Of a DNA stretch of 46,079 nt, positions 36,203 to 46,079 are shown piece after piece. The stretch spans positions 125,893 through 171,971 of the forward strand of contig MU619302.1 of NCBI GenBank assembly GCA_025201805.1, given 5' to 3'. Each line of letters starts with the position of its first letter. Within the stretch, counting starts at the first letter, position 1. A program made the position numbers and the translations under genes. The stretch comes from Parasitella parasitica NRRL 2501 (lineage: Eukaryota; Fungi; Mucoromycota). The notes beneath the pieces are model-generated. The model worked only from the letters and a program-made list of their open reading frames with translations. It did no database searches and was not told the origin of the DNA.

Positions 36203-37482
36203 GGTGATTGTTGTGTTATTATTATTGTTATATGAGTATAAAAATGAAGAATCAATGCAGATGGCATCTCTTTATATACTCGGTGTATAGGCTCTAATGT
36301 ACAGCGGTTTGATATACAATAACAAAAGGAGATTACAACACACACAAAAGAGTGCGAGTTGTGTATTAGCGCAATAGAGTCGAAGAATTGTATAATAATC
36401 ATGCGCTTAAGACGTTCAAGCATTTTGACGTGCAGCAACATATACATGTATATGTATACAGTGAGAACACTGCAATGGTCATGCCCCTCTTCCGGTTGTA
36501 CAACAAACCGAATTGGCTCCTTGTAGATAACACAGCCTCTAGGTGAAATGAGATGGCATCTATTTTAATATCGACTCTTTCCATTCGAATTTTGACAAGG
36601 TGTTTAATTGGAGCTTTATTCTGTTTATTACTTTTACAAAACACATGCGCAGTGGTTTTCGATACATGTTTTGTATGTGCATCATGCAAATAACACATTT
36701 ACAATGTACCATTAAAACCAAGCGGTTTTAACACGTTTGGTGTTGATATCATTAGAAGTTTGACAAAATGTATTTGGTGGCATAGCGGTGTATAGCGATC
36801 CCGGAATCAATTATTTTAGCACTAAAACTGTCATGTGGGAACAGTAGCAATCTTAACACTTTCTTCTTCTTGGCTCAAGGAGTGTGTGCATGTTGAATTA
36901 GGCTCACTAACTTTGGCTTTTTTTTTTTNNNNNNNNNNCTGCGAGTTGTGATTTCAGCCAAACAGTCGAAATCATAAATTGGATTATGCATGCGTTCAGA
37001 TCAAGATGTGTTGCTGGTGCATTTCTATATACTACTATCGTCACCTTCTTTGATTAATAATTTTGGCAGATTCATGGAAAAAGTAGTATACAGGTATTAC
37101 AATGTCTGTGCATAAAAAATCAGAGTTTATACTTTTCAACAGACAACTATGGGTATATACATATATAATATCTCCTAACCTACATATAATTCAGTACCTA
37201 GACTCCTTTCTTTGGCTTTTCGCTTCAAAGCCCCTGATTTCTTGCTACATGCAAAAGTACGAGTAAATCAATAAACAAATAAACAGGACGACGATCCTTC
37301 CTATTTATATAGCCTATCTCGTGATATGAAATGCAATGATCTGGATCCACAAAGCAGCAAGTTCTGATTAGATAATAAAGTTTATGCAAAGACACATGAG
37401 TACGTGTATTCCATCATACAAATATATGATCCTTCTAAAAATATAACCTCCAGCTTTATTTTGCATAGTCGCCACTTTTTGT

Positions 37483-39194
37483 CTAGATTATCGCTGATGG
37501 CTTTAGAGATTTGAACAGTTTTTGCATTTCAAAGAGGCCTAATTTAGCTATGATACGAATTAACATGCACTGCTCGGTTTATATAAACCATCTATTATTA
37601 AAGCTTACGTATCGGAATATGCATGGATAATACAGATCGGATCATGTCCTCTACTTGCTGAATTGCGTCTGTTTGGAAATAGACCAGTATCAAAAGAGGC
37701 ATCTCTGCAACTTTGGACTGTAATAACTGAATCAGTACCTTGGAAAGCTCGTTCTACGATACGTCTCTTTAATTCTTGTTTGCGATTGATATATTTATAG
37801 GTGCAGAATATACCTGTTTCCTCAAAAACTGGTCAGCAGATAGTAGGATCAAACACAGCAAGAGTTTAATTAGTCTAAGTGATAGCAAAGTCAGAATTTA
37901 TATCTTTGTAGGCACACTCGCACATATGAATACCTTTCCGACTTGGTCTTCTCTAGTAATTTGATACATGCAGTTATTTCAGATTCGCTGAGTTTTATAC
38001 CAAAGTATGCGATAATGCCAACCAATGCTCGAATAGCAAACGACACAGCGACAGGGTTCATCTGATCATTCAACTATCAATGCCACAGTAAACCAAATGT
38101 CAGATCTCAAGAGTCTTACTTTAGCATCAGCTTCAATGTCTGCCATTATGCGATTTTTCATCTTTACAAAGTATTGTCCACTATTGACTGATTGTGCTAA
38201 AAACCATGTTGATTTCGTATAAAATATGCCGTTTAGAAATTCAACCTATGACGAATAATAAGATTGTGTTCCACAGGTAGTGCTGGTTTTGCAAAACATA
38301 CAGTGTCACGGCAGTAAACCACCGTCAGTCGAGTAATTAGATCTGGAAGTATCTGCATCTCTGCCAGTTTAAATCTGGCCATGAACGCATACTCGGGATA
38401 TTCCTCAATGACCATGTATATCATTTCGCTTAAAGTATCGCACCCAAAGAAATGTTTGAATATTCATGCCATATTTTGTCTCTTTGTAAATAAATACCTT
38501 AGCTGTATTGAATATCTAGAATTCAGCTTATGTACACAGTGCAGTAAATGATCTATATACTAGCAGCCAGCGGTTATACTCCTTCTCGTCTTTTATACAC
38601 AACGTTGCTAACCTCTTTGTATGCAGTCTTGTTATGTTTTGCCAGCCCCTTGATGATTTCTAATCTCGTTGATAAATGAGCAAACCCTTCCAATAGATAC
38701 TAACACAATAAATCAGCCATTTGTGCGTACGATCTTGCTACGCCAATGGTGCATACCTTCCACGCTGTTATGTTTCCGCATTGTCCTTCAATATCATCAA
38801 ATAACTCGATAATTTCAATCACCAACATTCCATTTTCTTTCAAAAAGATCTCATTGTTGAGCAGCCGCGTCGCTGAACGTATACTTTTGTTGGCACGCTC
38901 GATTTGCTCTGTCTGGACTGTCAGCTGTATAAAGCAAAGCTCGCACAATAATTGGCTAGAGTTACCCGTGAGTTCGTGTATCTCCCTTTGCAAGTGTCAA
39001 AACTTACAGTTTCCAGTCTTGCTGTCCTATAGTTTTGTACTGGACCTTTTTGGAGCGTTAAAAGCTGCTGTGTGTAGTCTTTGGAGGGTTTACTGAGTAA
39101 AACTTACCAACGCTTCTTCAAAACCAATTTTGGAAGCAGTGTTTTTGAATTCGATATATTTGTTTGATAACTCTTGCACGGTTTGTGGATTCAT
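37483..39194 (-). CDS. INTS2: Integrator subunit 2 (INTS2) N-terminal-domain-like protein, ~11 small exons, ~375-380 aa
   Basis: Manual GT-AG splicing gives one open frame: MNPQTVQELS...YPEYAFMARFKLAEMQILPDLITRLT...DTVEFLNGIF...AIRALVGIIAYFGIKLSESEI...RLIKLLLCLILL...EMPLLILVYFQTDAIQQVEDMIRSVLSMHIPIPKLGLFEMQKLF. This is collinear with metazoan INTS2 as I recall it (EMLLLVAMYFHSNQLSAIIDLVCSTLGMKIVIK). Confidence 0.72.
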
Positions 39195-39571
39195 GTCGTC
39201 TTGGGAAAGTTAAAGACTCCACTCCCAACACAGTGCACCCTAATAATATTATAAATGGGCGCGTTTCAAAGACCGTACTTACAATGCCCATCATTCCAGG
39301 TTCTGGAAACCAGACCCAATGCATGCAACAAAACTTCAGATCTAACTTGAGAATCACCTAAACTTTTGAAAGAAATACACTTGAATTTATTTAGTTTGAA
39401 GATGTATAAAAATGAACGAGTTATTGTTGGATTTGAACGATAATCATTTGTGAGACGACACAGGTTGAACAAAACTGTTGTTTTACCCATTAAATTCACG
39501 AGTAATTATGAATGTTTTGTTCACTAGTATTACACTATTGTGTAGAAATTGTAAATAGCGTCATTTGGCGA

Positions 39572-40850
39572 TTATTTGTATTCTTGATCGGGCGATGACA
39601 CGAGTGGTATAGACGAAGCGTTGTATTTTTCGTTAAATTCAAATGATCCGACATTATCTGGAGAAGCAGATAGGCGCCTTTGAGAGCTGTAGTCGCTGGT
39701 TCGCATGTCGCTTTTGCTTGTAATACCAGAAGATTCATCAATGTTGAGGACTAAATCAGATATGGCATTAGTTGTGTCCTGCTCATTAAAAAATAAATTC
39801 AAGGAACCCAATGCTGTAGGGCTACGTGGAATAATTTAGTATCACATTAGCTTGATCAATGCATAAAACATACTTGAACAACACAGCCAGGAGGATTAAA
39901 GTTGTAGCAAATACTGTGTGATACAATGTGGCAGCAACCAAGGCCATTGTTGCGCCATAGCTATCAAAAGCAAGATCTCCCAAAAAAGTGTATACGTATC
40001 TAATAAACGTGAACAGCAAGGAGGTGATGATGCTGACTGACACGATCATGCGTATCTGGACAGTAGTGAGTGTTTTGCATCATTATGCTGTTTGAAGTTT
40101 TGTTACTTTGAATAATCCGTTTCTGATCTGCTCTACAGACGTTCTATTGCCAGCTTTAATTTGGTTGTACAAATGCTGTTTCAAGATCTTGATCAAGCGC
40201 AATCCTGCAACCAAGATCATAATAACCAGTGCCGGCCAATACAACAGCCATTGCATGAACAGCGTGTTAGAAAATGCTATGCTTGCTTCATTGTTCCCCA
40301 CAAATAAGGCAACAGCCGCTTCAATAGAGGCGGTGTTAGTGGTAATGAATGGCAGTACTATGAAAATGGTGCAGATGATATCGATCCCCTAGAGAAATTT
40401 GATTCAAGTTATCTCCAATGAGTTGGTTGCTCTAATTGCTTTTGTAAGATGGTCATATATAAATTTGTGCATAATGGGTGATATGGAGCTTACATTGCAC
40501 AAGCACAAATATCGAATCTAATCAGACTATGTGTCTAGTTCTTCACCATTTACCAGACCAATTTGCGATTTGCTCATTTTCATGCTATCTGTTTGGCATT
40601 GCTCATACAATCTGCTGCATACGTACATGTCACAAAGATGGACATGGCGGATATTTCTACGGGCGTTTTGGCAAAGAAAAGCAGCAGAATGTGTAGACAG
40701 TCGACTATCTTGCTAGATTAATATATTGGGGTGTGTTTAACAGGGAGGCCATAATTACGCAGGTTTGAGATGGATACAAATAGCGGCAAAGACTCAACTG
40801 GCTTTGGTCTGATGATGAATCGCAGTGGAGATTCGTAGTCAAATATGCAT
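39572..40850 (-). pseudogene. Disrupted multi-pass (7TM/GPCR-like) membrane protein gene of an uncharacterised Mucorales family
   Basis: The 3' exons (40388-39572) are intact with several TM helices. The upstream exon IFDY...RPKPVES abuts the LINE poly(A). The segment encoding DQFAICSFSCYLFGIAHT lies on the opposite strand, and there is a frameshift/stop near 40390. Confidence 0.65.
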
Positions 40851-41028
40851 GCTTTTTTGATTATTTTTTTTTAAAGGTTTTTATTGATTGCTCCGCGTAA
40901 AGAACAGTGATGAGACTGCCTCAAGAGACGGGCGCAAAATGATTTGGTAACTAATAAGATAATACATATGTCAAGGCTAAATAAACGGTTAATAAAAAAA
41001 GAACAAAAATAGGCTCATAAGAGCATGA

Positions 41029-44000
41029 TCACAACATTGTATGGACATGATCTTCATCGATACGTTTTGAAATATCGAGTCGGATACCGGCCAATACTGC
41101 TGCTGTGGTGAAGAGTGTGCGGTCAAATACAGTGCGAAAATGGGATCTCCAAATGTTGGCCAAGGTAATGAATACGATGACCGACGCTGGTACCCCATTT
41201 CGTTGACTGTACCGAATGTTGTAAAAATCAAACGATCTAATTGCCAGGATGATGTCGGAAATGGTGACAGTTGGCCAGAGAAACTCAAATATCACAGCCT
41301 GCCAAACTGATGCTTTGGCAGGGCAGTCAAACAAAAAGTGTTCACTGGAATCAACTGAGGAGGAGCAGATCATGCAAAGGTTGGAAGGATGGAGTTCCGG
41401 AAAGATACGGTTTAAACGGGCTTTGTGAGGGATGCAGTTGTTGATAAAGCGGTAGACTACATTTCTCTGTACCATCGTTAGACATAAACTCCAAAACAAT
41501 TGCCAGTGGGTGGACGCGATGGAAGACAAGTATGCTGGGGCGACAGTTGCGGAAGCACAGGCTTGTCGAAATGTCTTGGTAGTAATTTTAGTGACAAGAC
41601 CGACGTCTTGGAAGACTTCTAGCTGTTGAACAAAAGGCGAGAACAAAACTGGAGGTGGAGCATCTATTGGCGAGCCAGACGAATCCGAAGGCAGGCATAA
41701 TGGCAGAAAGAAGGTTTGAAGTTGTAGCTCACCTGATTGAATTCCTTGGAATATCTTTTTAGGTGCCTGCTTCCAGTGACGAAGAGTTGGGTCCTGCCAG
41801 TCTTTCCAATGAAGGAACCTACGATCAGGGTTGTATTGGAAGACATTAGCTACAGTCATCTCCTTCATTTTACTAGGGATTTGAAAGGAGTTGGACCTAT
41901 TTGGGTAGAAGACGGCAAGGAGAGGCAACACTAGCCCGGTGTTGTGGTTGATGGACACAGAGTCATAGTTGCGTGGAAGGGCATCAATGCACCGGTACAG
42001 AATGTCTATGGTGGAGATTCTATTCTTGCGTGTAAAGGTCTTACGCGTAGTTGGAAACAGCAGAGGAATTTGGTGGAATTCAGTGCGATTATGGTTTTGG
42101 ACGTGTTGAATGAGCATATTAATCAATGGATCCGTATCGGTCGAGGCCGAGGAAGTAGTGACTAATGGCTGCCCCCAACGAAAGTAAAGCGCCATGTATT
42201 GCGCAGGCACGTCTAGGACTCCAAGTCCACCTTGGTTCTTGGGCAAGGTCCATGTACTCCAGGGAATAGCGGGGAAGATGCCTCGTCGGAGGAATTGAAT
42301 CATGACACTAGTGATCTTGTGGAGGTCCTGTTGTGTAAGAGGGGTCACTCGAAGGATGTACCAGCATTTAGACAGGAGCAAGGTGTTGACCACAGTAGCT
42401 CTTCCTACAACTGACAATGAACGGGTAGTATGCAGCGTGGTGGCCGCCTTCAGCTTGTCGACAATCATGGTAATATGATTCGTCCGTTGGACTGTGCTCT
42501 GAATCAGAGGGAAGCCAAGGTAGACGATAGGAGCCTCATCGTGTCTCGTGTGGAGCTTGTGAATATGCATTTCTTCCAGTGGATGTTGCCAGTAGTTCCA
42601 GGTATCACGGCCAGACAGAGAGAAGGCTTCGACTTTGTTGTAATTGAACTTAGCGTTGGATGCCCTACAGAACAGGCCCATGTAGTACCGCAAGAGACGG
42701 AGATCAGCTCTATCGTGAACGAACACAAGAGCATCGTCAGCATATGCCAGCACTTTCGTTTGCATAGGCGGAACTGAAGTGGAAGCAATGGTGGAGGGAT
42801 GACGATGGAAGGTATATCCTGAGAAGTCCGTATCAGTGAGAATACCTTGAAGAAAAGGTTCAAAGGCTAAATCATAACATATACATGATAGAGGATCGCC
42901 CTGTTTGAAGCCTCTTAATTTGGGTATTGCCTCAGTAAAATAGCCATTGATGTTGATTTTGATCGTATTGAGCGCCATTAGGTTGTAAATGCACTGGATG
43001 ATGGTCTCGGGGAAGCCATAATGATTCAAAACCAGCTTGAAGAATGTTAGGTTAACGCGGTCATAGGCTTTTTCTTGATCTAACAATAAGCCTATATCTT
43101 TATCCAAGGTGGCAGTGCCTGTCTGCTGTTCAGCGATGTCATATTGACGTTGGGCATCTTCCATAATGAGTTGACAGCGGAGGCCATTCTCAGCAATGTA
43201 CTTGCCAGGGACGAAGCCAATTTGATTGCTGTTGATCAATTTCTTAGAAACCTCCATCATGCGTCGATTGAGGATACGAGTGAAGTATTTGTAATCACAA
43301 TTCGCCAGACTTAGGGGCCGATAATTCTTCATGTCCGAGGGGTCACCTTTCTTTGGGAGCAAAGTCATAATAGATTGATTCCAAGAATCAGGGAAGAGGC
43401 CCTTATCAAGAGCATCATTGAAGACAGTGGTCAAAAGTTCTTGATACGGAGGGAAGCGCATGACAAGATTGAGAACTTCGTACGGTAAGCCATCAGATCC
43501 AGGGCTGGAGTGCCGAGGAGACGATTTAAAGCCCTCTAAGATGTCCTCAAAATCAATCGGCGTCGTGAGCACTTCATGATCATCGGAGGTCAGCTTGAGT
43601 GCAGAAGGAATAGACCTAAGTAGCAACTCGATAGCAATGTAGTCCAGACGATCAGGTGTAAAAAGCTGTGAGTAAAAGGATGTGGCTATCTCCTGCATCC
43701 TGGATTGATCAGTGCAAAGGTCTTGGGTGACTGGGTCCCGTAACTCTGCAATGCTTCGTTGTTGTTCTCGTATGGTAGCAGAGCATTTGAGATATCCAGC
43801 GGATTTCTCCCCGTTCTCACGCCAATGCTTACCAGCTTTGAGGATTTCGATTTCGGCCAATGAGTCTTGTAAAGATCCAAGTTGCGTCTCAATGGTATCC
43901 AGTATTTCAAAATACAACCCACGGGTTTTCTTCAAACGATACATCCGATTGCGCTTCTTTTGCAGGTGTTTGATCTGTTGTTTGCGCCAATTGTTGTCCT

Positions 44001-44976
44001 GTAGCTGGAATGCTTTTGTAAACAGTTTGACTTCGGCTTTGACCCAATCCCAGGATTGTTGAGGGGTGGAGAAAGATTGTATGCTGTTAAATTCGTCCAA
44101 GTTGGAGTGCAAATGTGCCGCCAAGGCAGAACGATATTCAGGTCGGCTTGCAAGAAATGGATTAGCTTTCCAGGCACCTGGCCCTCTGCTGTATTGGTCT
44201 GTATACTGGAAAGAGATACCTAGTAGGGCATGATCGGTCCACTTGGTGGAAAGAAACTGCTGCTTTAAATTGTTGACTTTGTAATGGTCAGAAGAGCTAC
44301 AAAAGATGAAATCGAGGATGGATGATGAGTCTTTTGACTTCCAAGTAATCTGCTTTTGGTCCCGAAAGCAATCTACATAGAGGTTGTCTAGTAAAGAGAG
44401 CCATTCTGGAGGAGCAGATGTTAAGGTGCCATCCGGCCGACAATGGTTCTCATAGCTGTAATTAAAGTCGCCCATGATGAGAACTGGAGACCGTTGATTG
44501 TGGAGTGTGCGGTTGATTAAAGGCATGGCCAAGAGTGTGGAGTAAAAGGCGGAACGCTCGGAGTGGGTGTTGGAGCGACCATAAATATTGAGTAAAGTTG
44601 CAATGTTGGTGGGTGGAGTAGATGTTGAATCATTCTCTGTTGGTACTGTTGAAGTGAGTTGAATGTTTGCTAAGATAAAACGACCACTGTCGATACCATC
44701 TTGTAGAATATTAATTGAGTATTTGTTGTTAAGGACGACTATGCCACAATGAGGCGTCCAATGGCTGGAATTGGGGCGGTTGTGGATGTTGAATTGCATA
44801 TTGAATTGATCGATAGTGTCTTGAGTGTCAGCGTGGGTTTCCTGCAATACCAGAATGTCAAATTCTAAGGTACGGAGGTAACGGATAAATTTTTTTCTTG
44901 TGTTTAAATCTGATGTCTTTTTTAGGCCACGGCAGTTTAGGGTGGCAATGGATATACGGTGTTGGTTGTTAATCAT
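41029..44976 (-). CDS. LINE ORF2: AP endonuclease, reverse transcriptase, zf-RVT (1315 aa, intact)
   Basis: IATLNCRGL, LVLQETH, IMGDFN, LDFIF, TDH (APE); SPGSDGL, NYRPLSL, QIGF, LDQEKAYDRV, RGFKQGDPLS, YADD, YLG (RT); CMIC...EHFLFDC. Confidence 0.96.
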   Translation of the reverse strand: MINNQHRISIATLNCRGLKKTSDLNTRKKFIRYLRTLEFDILVLQETHADTQDTIDQFNMQFNIHNRPNSSHWTPHCGIVVLNNKYSINILQDGIDSGRFILANIQLTSTVPTENDSTSTPPTNIATLLNIYGRSNTHSERSAFYSTLLAMPLINRTLHNQRSPVLIMGDFNYSYENHCRPDGTLTSAPPEWLSLLDNLYVDCFRDQKQITWKSKDSSSILDFIFCSSSDHYKVNNLKQQFLSTKWTDHALLGISFQYTDQYSRGPGAWKANPFLASRPEYRSALAAHLHSNLDEFNSIQSFSTPQQSWDWVKAEVKLFTKAFQLQDNNWRKQQIKHLQKKRNRMYRLKKTRGLYFEILDTIETQLGSLQDSLAEIEILKAGKHWRENGEKSAGYLKCSATIREQQRSIAELRDPVTQDLCTDQSRMQEIATSFYSQLFTPDRLDYIAIELLLRSIPSALKLTSDDHEVLTTPIDFEDILEGFKSSPRHSSPGSDGLPYEVLNLVMRFPPYQELLTTVFNDALDKGLFPDSWNQSIMTLLPKKGDPSDMKNYRPLSLANCDYKYFTRILNRRMMEVSKKLINSNQIGFVPGKYIAENGLRCQLIMEDAQRQYDIAEQQTGTATLDKDIGLLLDQEKAYDRVNLTFFKLVLNHYGFPETIIQCIYNLMALNTIKININGYFTEAIPKLRGFKQGDPLSCICYDLAFEPFLQGILTDTDFSGYTFHRHPSTIASTSVPPMQTKVLAYADDALVFVHDRADLRLLRYYMGLFCRASNAKFNYNKVEAFSLSGRDTWNYWQHPLEEMHIHKLHTRHDEAPIVYLGFPLIQSTVQRTNHITMIVDKLKAATTLHTTRSLSVVGRATVVNTLLLSKCWYILRVTPLTQQDLHKITSVMIQFLRRGIFPAIPWSTWTLPKNQGGLGVLDVPAQYMALYFRWGQPLVTTSSASTDTDPLINMLIQHVQNHNRTEFHQIPLLFPTTRKTFTRKNRISTIDILYRCIDALPRNYDSVSINHNTGLVLPLLAVFYPNRSNSFQIPSKMKEMTVANVFQYNPDRRFLHWKDWQDPTLRHWKQAPKKIFQGIQSGELQLQTFFLPLCLPSDSSGSPIDAPPPVLFSPFVQQLEVFQDVGLVTKITTKTFRQACASATVAPAYLSSIASTHWQLFWSLCLTMVQRNVVYRFINNCIPHKARLNRIFPELHPSNLCMICSSSVDSSEHFLFDCPAKASVWQAVIFEFLWPTVTISDIILAIRSFDFYNIRYSQRNGVPASVIVFITLANIWRSHFRTVFDRTLFTTAAVLAGIRLDISKRIDEDHVHTML

Positions 44977-44978
44977 AA

Positions 44979-46079
44979 TTATAAATTGTTAGAGTTATTG
45001 GTGGAGGCTTCCGAGATTTTCAGGGCTAGATCTCGGGCTCGTGTGTCCATTTCTTGGCGGTGTGCTTCAGCAGTCAGTTTACGACTAACACTAACGTCTC
45101 CGTCCAGGGAGGTTTTATGGGTTTTAATGAGAGGAGAGTCCTCATCAAAGGATGGTTGTCTAGTAAGTTCTTTGCCAACAGATGATGGAGGCAATGCATT
45201 GGTCAAGGTACTACCTGGGGTAATCCCCGTGGTAGGAGGTGCATCTCCGGTCACCGTGGTAGGAGAACCAGGAGGATTGGGTTTATTAACAAAAGATTCA
45301 TGTTCTCCGTTACGGATGGGAGGAGAAGGAGTCAAAATGACAGCAGCCGAGGAATTGGCCACAATAGTGTCTTTAGGAAGAGACGTTTGAGTCTCATACA
45401 TCAGTGTATCTGAATCAGTCGATCTCTGCATGGCTTGCTCAGGGCCAGAGGCAGCAGATGGAGGAACAGCCAAAGTGCGTTCACTCATCTTCGTGTCAGC
45501 ATCCCTAGGCGTGACAACGGCTTGCTCAAGGCGGCTGCCAACTCCCTTGGAAGATGTTGAAGAAGTGTCTCTTCCCTTACCTTTGTTGCTGGTGCGAGTG
45601 TTCGAAGTGGGCTTCTTTTCCGCTGGCTTCTCTCAACAATACGCACCTTGTTGGCGTCATTAAGGCGAGGACAATTGCGCGCGATGTGACCATGTAGATT
45701 ACAATGATGACAGGTTATGTGCTTCTTATATTCAGGGCAATCAGCACGGCAGTGCCCAGGCTGTTGGCAGATGCGACAGAATTCTGGCATGGAATCCCAT
45801 TGCGCCAAAACATGACGATAGTACCCGTCATCCTCTTCCCAAGGAATGACGCGGGTCAATTCTTGATACTTGTGGTAACCATCGCATTTGGATGAAGAAG
45901 TACCATGTGGATGATCCGTGGACAAACAAACATTTTCAACAGTTCTCGGTTTCGTCTGATTGAGGGTGGCATAGCCCTTACCATGAAAGATACCGTTGAC
46001 CTGGGTGATGCCTAGATCAAGAACTTCACCATAAAAGGAAAGAATTCTCTTCATGTCCTGCATGACCAAGCGGGCAGGA
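44979..46079 (-). CDS. LINE ORF1 (gag-like, two CCHC zinc knuckles), 5'-partial, frameshifted at ~45630
   Basis: CRICQQPGHCRADC and CHHCNLHGHIARNC; the reading continues in another frame (KPAEKKPTSNT...MSERTLAVPP) to TAA at 44979. Confidence 0.85.

Larger units (their letters stand above)
40853..46079 (-). mobile_element. L1-clade non-LTR retrotransposon (Grem-LINE1-like architecture); 5' end outside the window
   Basis: ORF1 with two CCHC knuckles; ORF2 with APE + RT + C-terminal zinc finger; short 3' UTR with AATAAA and an A-rich tail at 40853-40872. Confidence 0.93.

Noticed and set aside
37483-39400. Initially read as a pseudogene or EPG5-like fragments
   Set aside because: The apparent stops fall in canonical introns; the spliced frame is open and fits INTS2 better.

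Overview
Intron-rich eukaryotic DNA from an early-diverging fungus, most likely Mucorales (inferred from gene families, short introns, AT-rich spacers and transposon types). It is a draft assembly with six N-gaps. The left half (1-22.3 kb) is conserved housekeeping DNA: G6PD (with a GC-AG intron), an uncharacterised coiled-coil protein, SWC4 head-to-head with SEC39, a diverged ~1.5-kb-period AT-rich repeat, and a long DMXL-type RAV1 tail-to-tail with an OXR1/TLDc gene (opposing V-ATPase regulators). The right half (22.7-46 kb) is more dynamic. It holds DDAH and ERT1/AcuK-like pseudogenes, a Fanzor1 (eukaryotic TnpB) relic, a polyQ protein, an intact multi-exon gene for a half-length INTS2-like protein that the ORF track misses, and a rearranged 7TM-like gene interrupted by an L1-clade LINE. 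It also holds two paralogous secreted Kex2-processed repeat precursors that share a ~37-aa Val/Asn amyloid-like module plus strongly acidic repeats; these are the best candidate for an undescribed system. All family calls come from manual translation and recalled motifs; no database search was run.
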